Shown here: positions 44,530-53,771 of the stretch, one piece after another
Layout of the letters: each line of letters opens with the position of its first letter
Numbering within the stretch: position 1 is the first letter of the stretch
The notes under the pieces: generated by a model
Told to the model about the DNA's origin: nothing
What the model saw: the letters and a program-made list of their open reading frames with translations, nothing else
The model's database searches: none
Virus record (IMG/VR): IMGVR_UViG_3300005617_000004
Coordinates: 1-64,000 of that record
DNA from: a virus
Reading direction: 5' to 3' (one strand)
Length of the DNA stretch: 64,000 bases
Made by a program: the position numbers and the translations under genes

Positions 44530-45279
44530 TTACTTCCTGCGACGCGGGTTGGACTTGAGCTTGGTCAGGCGCGCACGGTCGAGAGTGGTCACGCGCCCGC
44601 GGGCGTACTCGCCCACCGCCGGGACGTCGTCCCACTTCACCGGCACCCAGACGCGCGGGTCTTCGTTCACGTCGAGCCAGTCCTTGACCGGCTGCACCGT
44701 CCCGATGGCGCCGGCTGGCTTCTTCATCCGCACGCGCGTGCCGGCGGCGAACGCGGGCTTGTGATTGTCGCGGCCGAAGAAGTCGTTCGGGTTCCTGCGC
44801 GGCCGCAGCCTGCGCGCGACCCGCTTCTTGCCGCTCCGCGCTGCCGACCGGCGCGCAGTGTTGAAGGCGATGGCGGCCGCTCTCTTGGGCTTGTAGCCTT
44901 CCCGGACGAGCTTGCGGATGTTGGCGCTGATGGTGGAGCTGCTGTAGCCGCGCTTGAGGGGGTTGGTCTTTGGGGCCCGCGCGGCGCGACGGTCAGCTTC
45001 CTTGATAGCGCGTGCCAGACCGGCTTCGCCCGAGAAGTCGATGACCGCGACCCGCACTGCGTGCGTACCATTCTGCTTGTTGACTTCGTAGCCCTTACGC
45101 GACCCGTAGGTGGCGTGGGCAACCCAGAAGTCGCCGTTCTCGTAGAGGATGCGGGGGCCCGGGTTCTTGCGCCGCTTCACTCGCCGGCGTCGGTGTGGAC
45201 GACGCGCCTTCGGATTCTTGCGCGTCTTACCGCGCAGAACCAGATAGCCCGCAGTAGCGGCGACGAGGAGGGGGAGCAT
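44530..45279 (-). CDS. Arg-rich NP-linker multidomain protein
   Basis: hydrophobic N-terminus, five NP linkers. Confidence 0.7.
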   Translation of the reverse strand: MLPLLVAATAGYLVLRGKTRKNPKARRPHRRRRVKRRKNPGPRILYENGDFWVAHATYGSRKGYEVNKQNGTHAVRVAVIDFSGEAGLARAIKEADRRAARAPKTNPLKRGYSSSTISANIRKLVREGYKPKRAAAIAFNTARRSAARSGKKRVARRLRPRRNPNDFFGRDNHKPAFAAGTRVRMKKPAGAIGTVQPVKDWLDVNEDPRVWVPVKWDDVPAVGEYARGRVTTLDRARLTKLKSNPRRRK

Positions 45280-45345
45280 GTGCTCAGCCTTGAGCAGGGC
45301 CGATGCGAGAACGCAGCGCGGCCCTGCAGAGGATCAGGTCAGCGA

Positions 45346-45990
45346 TCAGCGACGCGAGACGCGGTGACCCTTGCGGCCACGACGGCGGTTCGCCGCCCAG
45401 GCCTTGCGCAGGTTCGCCATGCGCTCGGCGCGGGTCCACATGCGGGCCAGCCGGCGGCCGGCGGCGCGACGCTTGGCCTTGGTCGAGGCCGAAGCCTTCT
45501 TCCGGCGGAACACGACCGTGTGGCGGCCGCCCTTACGGAAGGTCACGCGGATGCCGCGCTTGCTGGTGGAACGATGCGCCTTGCGGCGGGATTTGCGGCG
45601 CTTGGCCATGTGATGTCTCCGGTGAGGGTTGGACTTGGTGCCGGCGGCGTCTTTGACGTCGTCGAGGTAGTAGTCGGCAAGGGCCTTGGCGACTTCCTTG
45701 CGGTCGGCGGGCGAAAAGGAGCCGTACGACCCGTTGCCGGAGCCGCCATGCTCCTTGGTGTACTTCTGCGCGCCCCAGTTGGCGGCGTACAACCAACCCT
45801 TGACGGCGAGCGCAGGGTCGTACGTGCCCTTCTTCATCTTCTTGGCGAGATTCTTGATGATGGGCTGTATGCTCTGTCGGTACATGTCACCGTCGTTGAC
45901 GATGAATAGCTCGAGCTCGCGTGCCTCGTCGCTCGGGTTGCGACGCCGGCGCCGTGACTTCCTGCGCTTCGGGGCGGCGAAGAACCCCAT
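45346..45990 (-). CDS. Arg-rich NP-linker protein
   Basis: globular domain between RRRNP and KSNP; very basic tail. Confidence 0.7.
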   Translation of the reverse strand: MGFFAAPKRRKSRRRRRNPSDEARELELFIVNDGDMYRQSIQPIIKNLAKKMKKGTYDPALAVKGWLYAANWGAQKYTKEHGGSGNGSYGSFSPADRKEVAKALADYYLDDVKDAAGTKSNPHRRHHMAKRRKSRRKAHRSTSKRGIRVTFRKGGRHTVVFRRKKASASTKAKRRAAGRRLARMWTRAERMANLRKAWAANRRRGRKGHRVSRR

Positions 45991-45993
45991 GGC

Positions 45994-46494
45994 TTACTTC
46001 CGGGCCCGGCGCGCAGCGCGGGCGCTGATCTTGCGGACGACGCGGCGGCTCACCTTGCGACGGCCCTTGCGGACCTTGATGCGGCCGACGCGGAACCACT
46101 TGCCCTTGCGCTTGAACACGCTGCCGACGCGCTTGCCCTTCGGGGGCTTCGGCAGCTTGCGGCGACGGACGGTGTGACGGGCCTTGCGGACGCGACGACC
46201 TTTGCGGCGAGCCATGGAACGCTTCTTTCCACGGCGCTTGCCGTGCTTGCGAGGGTTGGACTTGAGCAGCCGACGCAGCGCGACGCGCTGGGCGGCGGTG
46301 AGATGGCCGGGGTTGTGGTGCCAGCGCCAGAACGCGAGCCGCGAGGCGGCGGCGCCCGCAGAAACCCGGCGGCCACGACGCGCGACGCGCTTGCCGCGAC
46401 GCTTCGGATTACGGCGGCGCACGATGCGCACCGTGGCGATCTCGTTCTCGTTCGGGCGGGCGTTGCGACGATAACGGCGGTAGTGGCGTCTCAT
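45994..46494 (-). CDS. protamine-like Arg/Lys-rich protein
   Basis: extremely basic; NP motifs. Confidence 0.65.
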   Translation of the reverse strand: MRRHYRRYRRNARPNENEIATVRIVRRRNPKRRGKRVARRGRRVSAGAAASRLAFWRWHHNPGHLTAAQRVALRRLLKSNPRKHGKRRGKKRSMARRKGRRVRKARHTVRRRKLPKPPKGKRVGSVFKRKGKWFRVGRIKVRKGRRKVSRRVVRKISARAARRARK

Positions 46495-46543
46495 GGGTGT
46501 GTCACCTTAGCGAACGAGGGATTGTTTTCCAGCACATACTGCT

Positions 46544-47005
46544 TCACCGGTAACGTTCTTCGAGCGCGTTCTTGTTCTGGGCCTTCAGCAAGTAGACGGT
46601 GCCGACCGTCAACACGCCGATGGCGGTCATGGCCAGCAGGCGCTTGTTGTCGCGCAACGTTGCCGGCAGTGCCTGCATCGTGCCGGAGAACTTGTCGCGC
46701 ATCTTCGGGTTGGACGACATCACCAGCGCAGAACCGGCAACGCCCACCACCGCACCGATCAGGGCCAGCGACTTGCCGGTGGCGTCCTGCGTCGCCTGTG
46801 CGGCGGTCAGCTTCATGGTGCCGGGCTGCTCGTTGGTGAAGATGGCACGCGCGGCCGGGTTGGCGCGCAGCAGCATCAGGCCGCCCAAGATGCCGACGGT
46901 CGCGCCGCCCAGCGACAGGACTCGGCCCCAGGCTTCACGCTTGGCGTCGTCGGCGGTCAGCTTCAGGGTGACCGGCTTGGTGAACTCGGGAGCCAGCAGT
47001 CCCAC
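46544..47005 (-). CDS. three-helix membrane protein
   Basis: internal duplication KLTA...L.L.GA.VG..G...NP. Confidence 0.65.
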   Translation of the reverse strand: MGLLAPEFTKPVTLKLTADDAKREAWGRVLSLGGATVGILGGLMLLRANPAARAIFTNEQPGTMKLTAAQATQDATGKSLALIGAVVGVAGSALVMSSNPKMRDKFSGTMQALPATLRDNKRLLAMTAIGVLTVGTVYLLKAQNKNALEERYR

Positions 47006-47008
47006 GGG

Positions 47009-47194
47009 TTACTTCCGCTTGGACCGGCGGCGCCACAGCCAGTAGCCGCCCCCAACCAGTGCCACCATCGTCAGGTAGCGCGTAACGCCGGGTACGCTGA
47101 TGCCGCGGTGAACCACCAGGGGCTTCAACGTGACCGGGTCGACTTCGGTCACCGTCTGGGTGATGCCGATCTGATCAAGGAAAGGCGTCGGCAC
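47009..47194 (-). CDS. small C-terminally anchored membrane protein
   Basis: hydrophobic tail plus basic end. Confidence 0.6.
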   Translation of the reverse strand: MPTPFLDQIGITQTVTEVDPVTLKPLVVHRGISVPGVTRYLTMVALVGGGYWLWRRRSKRK

Positions 47195-47197
47195 GGG

Positions 47198-47545
47198 TTA
47201 CTTCTTGAAGATCAGGAAGCCGATGCCTGCAGCGACCGCGACGAGGCCGAGGTTCTTGCCGCTGAGCAGCGAACCGATGTCGAACGCGCCCATGCCGGGC
47301 ATGTAGCCGCCAGCCAGCGCGTCCTGGTACCCGACCTGCACTTCGGTCTGGTCCATGTCCTCGACGAGGCCCAGGCCGCTGAAGCCGGGCAGGAACTCAC
47401 CGCCGGCACGCGGCAGCTTGCGGGCCACCGGCGACCGCAGCCGACGATCGGCGCGGGGGTCCAGGTTCCGCGCCGCGGGCGCGCGCAGGTGCTTCACCTG
47501 CGGGGACGACAGACGGCGCGCAGGAGCGGCATTGATGGACTGCAT
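47198..47545 (-). CDS. C-terminally anchored membrane protein
   Basis: FSGLG and MPGMG motifs; hydrophobic tail plus KK. Confidence 0.65.
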   Translation of the reverse strand: MQSINAAPARRLSSPQVKHLRAPAARNLDPRADRRLRSPVARKLPRAGGEFLPGFSGLGLVEDMDQTEVQVGYQDALAGGYMPGMGAFDIGSLLSGKNLGLVAVAAGIGFLIFKK

Positions 47546-47609
47546 GGGGTTGATCCTGGACAGGGTTGCTGGAGGGTATGTCAGTTTGGCCGAAACTCAA
47601 GCGTGCGCA

Positions 47610-48761
47610 TCAACGGAAGAACAGGAACGCGCCGATGGCGGCCGCGGTGCCGAGCAGGCCGGCAGCGCCGGTCGACTCGGCGGGCTTGCCCTGCGCCGTG
47701 TTGATGACGCCGGTAACCTGATCGCTGGAGGTGAACGCCGCGTCGACCATCTTGTCGCGGGCCTTGAGCTCCTGTGCGCGCTGGGCGAACTGCGGATCGC
47801 CGCGCAGCCCCTTGGCGATGTTGACCCGCACCGCCTCGTGGTACTCGGGGGTCGCGGTCATCGCCAGGGTTTTGTCGCGGAACTCATCCATGTCGCGCTT
47901 GGCGGCGGCGACCAGGGACCCGGTCTTGTTGCGGATCTCGTGCACCGCCTGCTGGCCGCTGAACGTCCGGCCGATGGCGTCGATGTCTTCGGCGAACATG
48001 TGGTACGGGTTCTGCAGCTTCTTCTCGAACATCAGGGCGACGCGCTTGCTGTTGCGGTCCCAGGCGTCGTTCCACTTCTTGGCCTTGGCTTCGCCCTTCT
48101 TGTCGCCGACCAGCCGCGCACCGGCAGCGCCGGTCTTCAGGACCGCGTCACCGACGACTTGCACCGACTTGGTCTGCGCCTTCGCGACGGTGCCGGTCAG
48201 GAACTTCTTGATACCCAGGGCGCCGAGCCCTTCGAGCAGCTGGCCGGACGCCGCCAGCTGCTCGGCAGCCGCGTACTCCTGCTCCCCCACCTGATTCTTG
48301 GCCGCTTGCACGGTGGCCTGCGTGCGGCGCCCGTAGCCTTGGATCTCGTCCTTGGCGGCCTCGATCATCTTGTGGATCTGCTTCTTGGCGATCGACCCAC
48401 CGACCAGGGTGCCGATGGCAATCAAGGCCGCCACGACCCAGCCGACGATGGGCACCACGCTGGCGGCGGTCGCTGCGGTCATGCCGGCCGCCATGGCGGC
48501 TCCGGTGGCGACCGCAACGCCCGCAGCGGTGTCGAACAGCACACCCGCCGCGACGCTGACCGCCATCTGGGCCACCGCCTGTTCGGTTGCGGCCTCGATC
48601 ATGCGCTTCTTGAGCAACGCCGCTTGGTCGTTCATGCTGGTCAGGGCCAGCTGCGGTTCCTGCGCGACCTCATCGGCACCCAAGAACTCCGGCTCGAGAT
48701 ACCGCCGGTAGCGCGGCAGCATCAGCGAACGGCCCGCGGGGTCGACGAGGTACTGCGGCAT
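47610..48761 (-). CDS. membrane protein, possibly DNA delivery
   Basis: long Ala-rich hydrophobic hairpin (VPIVGWVVAALI), coiled coils, C-terminal anchor. Confidence 0.6.
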   Translation of the reverse strand: MPQYLVDPAGRSLMLPRYRRYLEPEFLGADEVAQEPQLALTSMNDQAALLKKRMIEAATEQAVAQMAVSVAAGVLFDTAAGVAVATGAAMAAGMTAATAASVVPIVGWVVAALIAIGTLVGGSIAKKQIHKMIEAAKDEIQGYGRRTQATVQAAKNQVGEQEYAAAEQLAASGQLLEGLGALGIKKFLTGTVAKAQTKSVQVVGDAVLKTGAAGARLVGDKKGEAKAKKWNDAWDRNSKRVALMFEKKLQNPYHMFAEDIDAIGRTFSGQQAVHEIRNKTGSLVAAAKRDMDEFRDKTLAMTATPEYHEAVRVNIAKGLRGDPQFAQRAQELKARDKMVDAAFTSSDQVTGVINTAQGKPAESTGAAGLLGTAAAIGAFLFFR

Positions 48762-49201
48762 TACTTGCGCCGCAGGAACAGGTACAGGGCGCCGAGGGCG
48801 ACCGCGCCGCCGAGCACGAGCGCCGGGGTCGGGATGGTGGTGCCGCCGACCTGAAGGCCGCCACCAGCGTCCTGCGCGGTGATCTGAGCTTGTGCGGCGG
48901 CAGCGGCGGCCTTGACCGCGGCGGCTTCCGCACGCTTCGCGTCCTCTTCCTTGGTGCGGGCGCGCTTCTCGTCCATCTGCTGCTGACGCAGGGTGTAGGC
49001 GGTCGACCCGACGGTGGTCAGTGCTTGGATCAGGGGCCCGATCGACTCGACCCAGCCGAGGTCTTCACCGGGCAGGTTCGACGGGGCTTCAATGTTGCCG
49101 CGTCGGATGATCAGGCCCGTGTTGGTGGTCGGCCACACGCTGTCGCCGCCATGACGTGACAGGGACCGCGTCATGAACGCCGGGGTATTGCGATAGCCCA
49201 T
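48761..49201 (-). CDS. C-terminally anchored membrane protein
   Basis: coiled coil plus hydrophobic tail RRK. Confidence 0.65.
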   Translation of the reverse strand: MGYRNTPAFMTRSLSRHGGDSVWPTTNTGLIIRRGNIEAPSNLPGEDLGWVESIGPLIQALTTVGSTAYTLRQQQMDEKRARTKEEDAKRAEAAAVKAAAAAAQAQITAQDAGGGLQVGGTTIPTPALVLGGAVALGALYLFLRRK

Positions 49202-49237
49202 GGTGCGCAGTGTGCGCAGTTATGGAGCAAAGGCAAG

Positions 49238-49597
49238 CTACCCCTCGGGGTATTCCTCGTTCTCCTCCTTCAGCACCTCGTCAATGTTCTCGTCCGCACC
49301 GGCTTCGGTGTCGACCGCGTCGCTCAGGTCCGAGTCGAAGGTCGGGTTGAGCTCCTGCTCGTTGGCGGCCGCGCCCTGGGGTGGCGGCCGCTCACCCTCG
49401 ACGTCCACCGCTTGGTAGCAGGCGGCGCACTCGATGATCGCGTCGCCGTTCTTGTCCTGGACGGTGATGGCGGTGCCACGAGGCACTTGGGTCGGCGGCA
49501 GGGCTGCCCGCAGGCCGCAGATGCAGACCCATTCGATACGGGTGTCGGGCGGCGGCATGCGCCGGACGGGCTTATCCAGCAGGTGGTAGATCGTCAT
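49238..49597 (-). CDS. Zn-ribbon protein with acidic tail
   Basis: CICG and CAAC. Confidence 0.6.
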   Translation of the reverse strand: MTIYHLLDKPVRRMPPPDTRIEWVCICGLRAALPPTQVPRGTAITVQDKNGDAIIECAACYQAVDVEGERPPPQGAAANEQELNPTFDSDLSDAVDTEAGADENIDEVLKEENEEYPEG

Positions 49598-49728
49598 GGT
49601 CGTCCTTCAGGAACAGGTCGCGGATGAGCCGCAGGGTGGTGTACATGCAGGCGTACAGCATCGCCAGGGTGGCGCCGGCGCACAGGATGGTCGTCACCAG
49701 CTGCGGGCTGATGTTGGGCGGTACGCGG

Positions 49729-49995
49729 TCAATCACGGTGGTAATGCTCGCCGCGCGGCCGCAGCTTGGCCAGGGTGGTGACGTCCTTGGCGATCGACGG
49801 GTCGTCCAGATACGCGCACAGCGCACGCTTCGTGGCGTCGTCGCGCTTGCTTTTCTCGTACTCGCCGCGCAGCCAATCGAGGTATAGCAGGCCGGCGTCG
49901 GTGCGGGCGATGTCGTCCAGCGCGGCGCCTTTGTAGCGGCCGAAGGTCAGGACGAAGCGGGTGGCTTCGGCGTAGGTCGTGGCGGTGGCGGGCAC
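49729..49995 (-). CDS. small FG(K/R)YKG-motif protein
   Basis: LTFGRYKG..L.DI......YLDWL. Confidence 0.65.
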   Translation of the reverse strand: MPATATTYAEATRFVLTFGRYKGAALDDIARTDAGLLYLDWLRGEYEKSKRDDATKRALCAYLDDPSIAKDVTTLAKLRPRGEHYHRD

Positions 49996-50004
49996 GTAGT
50001 GTTC

Positions 50005-50769
50005 CTAGGGGATTTCGCGGTGGAGATAACCGTTGAGAACGCAGCGGACCCAATGGCCGCTGCAGTGCGCTTCGTCGGCCAGCTGCATTTTCACCATGAA
50101 GTTCTGCATCGAAGGCAAGAACAGCGGCGTACAGAGGGCCGCACGGTAGTTGTCGTCGCGGGCCTTGTACAACGACTCGAACGGAAGGTGGAGATGCCAC
50201 TTCTCGCCGATCTGCACGATGATCTCGGTCACCTTGCCGTGGTAGCGGTTAGTCAGCCCCAAGGTGTCTGCGCCGGAAGACAACTGGAACTCCAATTCCC
50301 ACACGGTGTGCTTCTTCGGCCAGTAGAGTTGGCCGATGGTCGTCGGATAGGAACGCCCGTCTTCTGGGCGCGAGCGTCGCGGTTGGCCCCACTCGGTCTC
50401 TCCCGGGTGCGTGATATCATCCGCGCGGCCGCCGCTGAAGAAGTAGAGCGTCTTGGTTCCTCGCTCTACTGGAACGGTATCCCACAACGGCTGCCATATA
50501 GTCTCCAGCTTGATATCTCCGCGCAGAGAATCCTTCCACTGGGTCAGGAGGCATCCGCAGTTGCCGGGGCCCCCTTTCGGAGGTGGAAACCGCTTCGGGT
50601 CCGGGAAGGCTCGCTGACGCTTCGGGTTGAGCGACGTCACGACGTCGGTTTCGGTCAGTGGCGCCGGGAGGCGGAACTTCGGTTCCTTGGCCAGCCGAGC
50701 GCGCTTCTCGGCTTTCTGTTGTGCTGGGGTGAGAGGAGGGCAGTCGTTTCGTTGGAGATAGCGGACCAT
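50005..50769 (-). CDS. paralog of candidate capsid protein
   Basis: IKLETIWQPLWDT, GQLYWPK, VQIGEK, LFLPSMQNF, G.L.REI. Confidence 0.7.
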   Translation of the reverse strand: MVRYLQRNDCPPLTPAQQKAEKRARLAKEPKFRLPAPLTETDVVTSLNPKRQRAFPDPKRFPPPKGGPGNCGCLLTQWKDSLRGDIKLETIWQPLWDTVPVERGTKTLYFFSGGRADDITHPGETEWGQPRRSRPEDGRSYPTTIGQLYWPKKHTVWELEFQLSSGADTLGLTNRYHGKVTEIIVQIGEKWHLHLPFESLYKARDDNYRAALCTPLFLPSMQNFMVKMQLADEAHCSGHWVRCVLNGYLHREIP

Positions 50770-50771
50770 GA

Positions 50772-51410
50772 TCAACTCCGGTAGATGGGAAAGCCACCCA
50801 CAGGGCAGCCGTAGACGGCGGTATCGAAGGCGAAGGTGGGTTGGCCGGCGGACCACGCCTTGAGCTGCTTGGTGCTGATCTTCCAGCCCGGCATCGGCTC
50901 GTTCGGCTTGCCATTGCGCGACGCGCTGCGGTAGTTCATCACCTGCAGTCGCTCGGTCGCAACGTAGTCGCGCACCGCCTCGTACGGCACGACGATGACC
51001 CGGTCGACGCCGACGGCCATCGCACGGCGCAGGGCAAACAGGTCAGCGGAGTCCGACGCGCGGATGGTGTGGATCCAGAACACGTAGTGGAGTCGCACCC
51101 GGTTGCGGCGCACGAACCGCTCCGCGCGGTCCAGGATGTGCTCGTACAGGATGCCGTTCTTGCCCTTGCCGATCGACTTGCATTCCAGGTAATGCTTGCT
51201 GTCGACCTCGAGGTCGGGGCAGATGCCGGCACGGCCATCGGTGCACATGCGGCGGCCGCCGATCACCTTCGACACCGCCTCCTCGACGAAGTCACCGGTC
51301 GCGTTGCGACACTGGGCCCAGCTGTAGAACTCGACGTTGCCGACCCAGTCCCAGATGGGCAGCTGTGCACCGTCTTGCCGGCAGGCGGGGAGGCGGAGGG
51401 GCTCTACCAC
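50772..51410 (-). CDS. PD-(D/E)XK restriction-like nuclease
   Basis: GDFVE, CPDL...YLECKS; start uncertain. Confidence 0.55.
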   Translation of the reverse strand: MVEPLRLPACRQDGAQLPIWDWVGNVEFYSWAQCRNATGDFVEEAVSKVIGGRRMCTDGRAGICPDLEVDSKHYLECKSIGKGKNGILYEHILDRAERFVRRNRVRLHYVFWIHTIRASDSADLFALRRAMAVGVDRVIVVPYEAVRDYVATERLQVMNYRSASRNGKPNEPMPGWKISTKQLKAWSAGQPTFAFDTAVYGCPVGGFPIYRS

Positions 51411-51875
51411 ACGTCGCCCCACTCGAAGCTGCACGCCCACAGGTTGATCGCAAGGTGCCAGCCGTCGTAGTATTCGCGGTAGATGCCCGGTGTGACGCCG
51501 GGAAACCAGTAGAAGCGGAACGTACCGTGGCGCACGAACCGCCAGAAGGAGGGCGTCTCGTTGGGGCTCACCGCTGCCACCATGGCTTCTTACCCATCCA
51601 TGGCGGGCGTCGGTCACCGCGGCGCTGCGTTGCATCTGGCGCTAGCGGGTACATCTCAAGTATGAGGGAGGGACGAGGCGTATCCCGCATGCGCTGCTCA
51701 AGCCGCCGCAATTCCTCTTCGAGTGGTGGAGGCACGTCATCCGCCGCGATCAACGCCGCTTCCTGCTCGGTGGCGCGGCGAAGGACGCCGGCCCGCATCA
51801 ACTCCTCCAGAGTCTTGTACTCTGGTTTCCAGGCGCCGGCGTTGGCGATCGCATAGACGACGCCGTCGGGGCCCA

Positions 51876-52253
51876 TTAGAACGGGGCGCTTTCAAGCGCC
51901 TGGACCTTCTCCACCCGGAGCTCGGCCTTGATGATCGGCATCAGCCACTTGCGGTAGATCGGAGATCCGAAGTTCTTGGCCCGCTGCTTGCGCCCCTCGC
52001 CGATCGCGCGGAGTGCGCGTATCGTCATGATCCGCTTTACCCGGGTATCGGGTTTCCGGTGCCGCCGAACGCGGGCCGTCAGGTGCGCCGCGCACAGCTT
52101 CTGGTACCACTCCGGGTTCTCGCTGATCACCGTCCGGACCGCAGCCCCGACGTTCACTTCACGCTCGGCTGGGGTGAGGATCACCTCCAGCCGGTTCCGC
52201 TCCAACTCATCCGCCATCGCCAGGGCCATCCGTTGGATTGGTGTCTGCCGCAT
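51876..52253 (-). CDS. hypothetical basic protein
   Basis: packed ORF with typical codon usage. Confidence 0.55.
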   Translation of the reverse strand: MRQTPIQRMALAMADELERNRLEVILTPAEREVNVGAAVRTVISENPEWYQKLCAAHLTARVRRHRKPDTRVKRIMTIRALRAIGEGRKQRAKNFGSPIYRKWLMPIIKAELRVEKVQALESAPF

Positions 52254-52680
52254 GGGGATCCGGTTGTGGCGACTCCATAGTGGCTGTCAACTGCTTCTCG
52301 AAGAACGCCAGCAGGTCGGCGATCTTGCCGCCGTAGTAGTCGGCTTTGTTCTCGGGGTCCTGCGCCAGCATGTAGGTGCCCGGCTCCCAGCCGTCGAGAT
52401 GGAATCCCTCGGCCAACGCCTGCAATTTCTTCTTGCCGAGCAGCTCACCGGTCTTGAACACCCAGGTCTGTACGTCTGTGTGAGACAGGATGAACGTCGC
52501 GTGCACAGCGTCGCGGTCGTCCAGGTGCCGCAGGGTCAGGTTCGGCACCGGCGCGTGGTCGATCAGCTCCCAGGCGACGCCGGCCACGGTGATCAGGCCG
52601 ACCCGCTTGCCGGCGGGCGTGTCCTTGTAGGCAGGGATGGCGAGGGGATCGGCCTTGCGGCTGAGGAAGGGGATTTTCAT
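52207..52680 (-). CDS. hypothetical protein
   Basis: first ORF of minus-strand run. Confidence 0.55.
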   Translation of the reverse strand: MKIPFLSRKADPLAIPAYKDTPAGKRVGLITVAGVAWELIDHAPVPNLTLRHLDDRDAVHATFILSHTDVQTWVFKTGELLGKKKLQALAEGFHLDGWEPGTYMLAQDPENKADYYGGKIADLLAFFEKQLTATMESPQPDPHAADTNPTDGPGDGG

Positions 52681-52864
52681 GGGCGTACTAATTCCTGGGG
52701 TAATTCGGCCGTAATTCCGGGCCCTGAGAAGTTACGCAAGGGCTGCCTTGCGTAACCGCGTGCAGAGCGTATTTCCGACGTAAGTCCTTGGTATCAGTGA
52801 AGATAAGCCAAGAAATCGGTAGGCCGTCCTCGGCATTTCCCGCGATTTTTCCAGGGGTTTGGGG

Positions 52865-53098
52865 TTATTTCGGGGATTTCCCTGGGGTTTTTCCCGGGAT
52901 TTTCCGCACCGGTGCCGCGGGCCCCGCCGATGCGAGCGCGGTGGTGGGGTCGGATACCACCTCCTCCGACGCGATCGGCACCAGTACCGCCACGGGCTTG
53001 CCGTACCGGATAATGGTGACCCGCTCGTTGCGGAACTCCACGCTGTTGAGGATGCTGTTGAGCGTCTTGCGCAACTGCGAGGTGTTGGCTGACATCAT
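52865..53098 (-). CDS. Phd/YefM-family antitoxin-like protein
   Basis: SQLR..L..IL..V....E.V.I.RYGKPVAVLVPI. Confidence 0.75.
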   Translation of the reverse strand: MMSANTSQLRKTLNSILNSVEFRNERVTIIRYGKPVAVLVPIASEEVVSDPTTALASAGPAAPVRKIPGKTPGKSPK

Positions 53099-53224
53099 GG
53101 AGATGTACATCTACGGCAAGATGTACGAAAGCAAGCCATTGTTGCAACTCTGGCCCCGGATGCGTAGCATGCGCATCGTACACCTTTCCTCCGCGCTTAT
53201 GCGCAAACCCCAAGGACGCTCACC

Positions 53225-53725
53225 ATGAGCCTGCTCGACATCACCGCCCAGGAACTCAACTCGCTGGCCGCACCGGTCCAGGCACAGGTCAAGGCCCTGC
53301 TGAACATCCGCCAGGGGCTGTTCGACATCCTCGGCGCGTTCCCGCAGGACAACGTCCTGCCCTACTTCTACAGCTGCCAGAACACCACGGCGGACAACAC
53401 CGCGATCACCGCCAACGGCACGGTGCAGAACTCGATCCGCATCAGCGCGGACTCGGCGTTCATCGCCATCTCGGTGCGCGGCACCTCGGACGGCGACTTC
53501 ACCGCGTTCATGCGCCAGGACGCCAGCGACCGGCAGCTGATGAACATCGCGGTCAACTCGAACGCGATCATGGGCACCGCCGAGCGCCCGGGCTTCTTCC
53601 ACAAGCCGCTGCTGCTCGCCGCCTCGACCACGGTCAGCTTCGACTTCACCGACCTGTCGGGCTCCACGAACCAGCTGTGGTGGACCCTGGCCGGCTTCAA
53701 GGTGTACAACCGCAAGCTCGGCTAA
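53225..53725 (+). CDS. beta-sandwich virion protein candidate
   Basis: beta-rich, ends L.GFK; highly biased codons. Confidence 0.55.
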   Translation: MSLLDITAQELNSLAAPVQAQVKALLNIRQGLFDILGAFPQDNVLPYFYSCQNTTADNTAITANGTVQNSIRISADSAFIAISVRGTSDGDFTAFMRQDASDRQLMNIAVNSNAIMGTAERPGFFHKPLLLAASTTVSFDFTDLSGSTNQLWWTLAGFKVYNRKLG

Positions 53726-53771
53726 TCCCGAGGCTTGCGCTTGATGGCCCTCGAAGCACCCTGGAGGCGTC

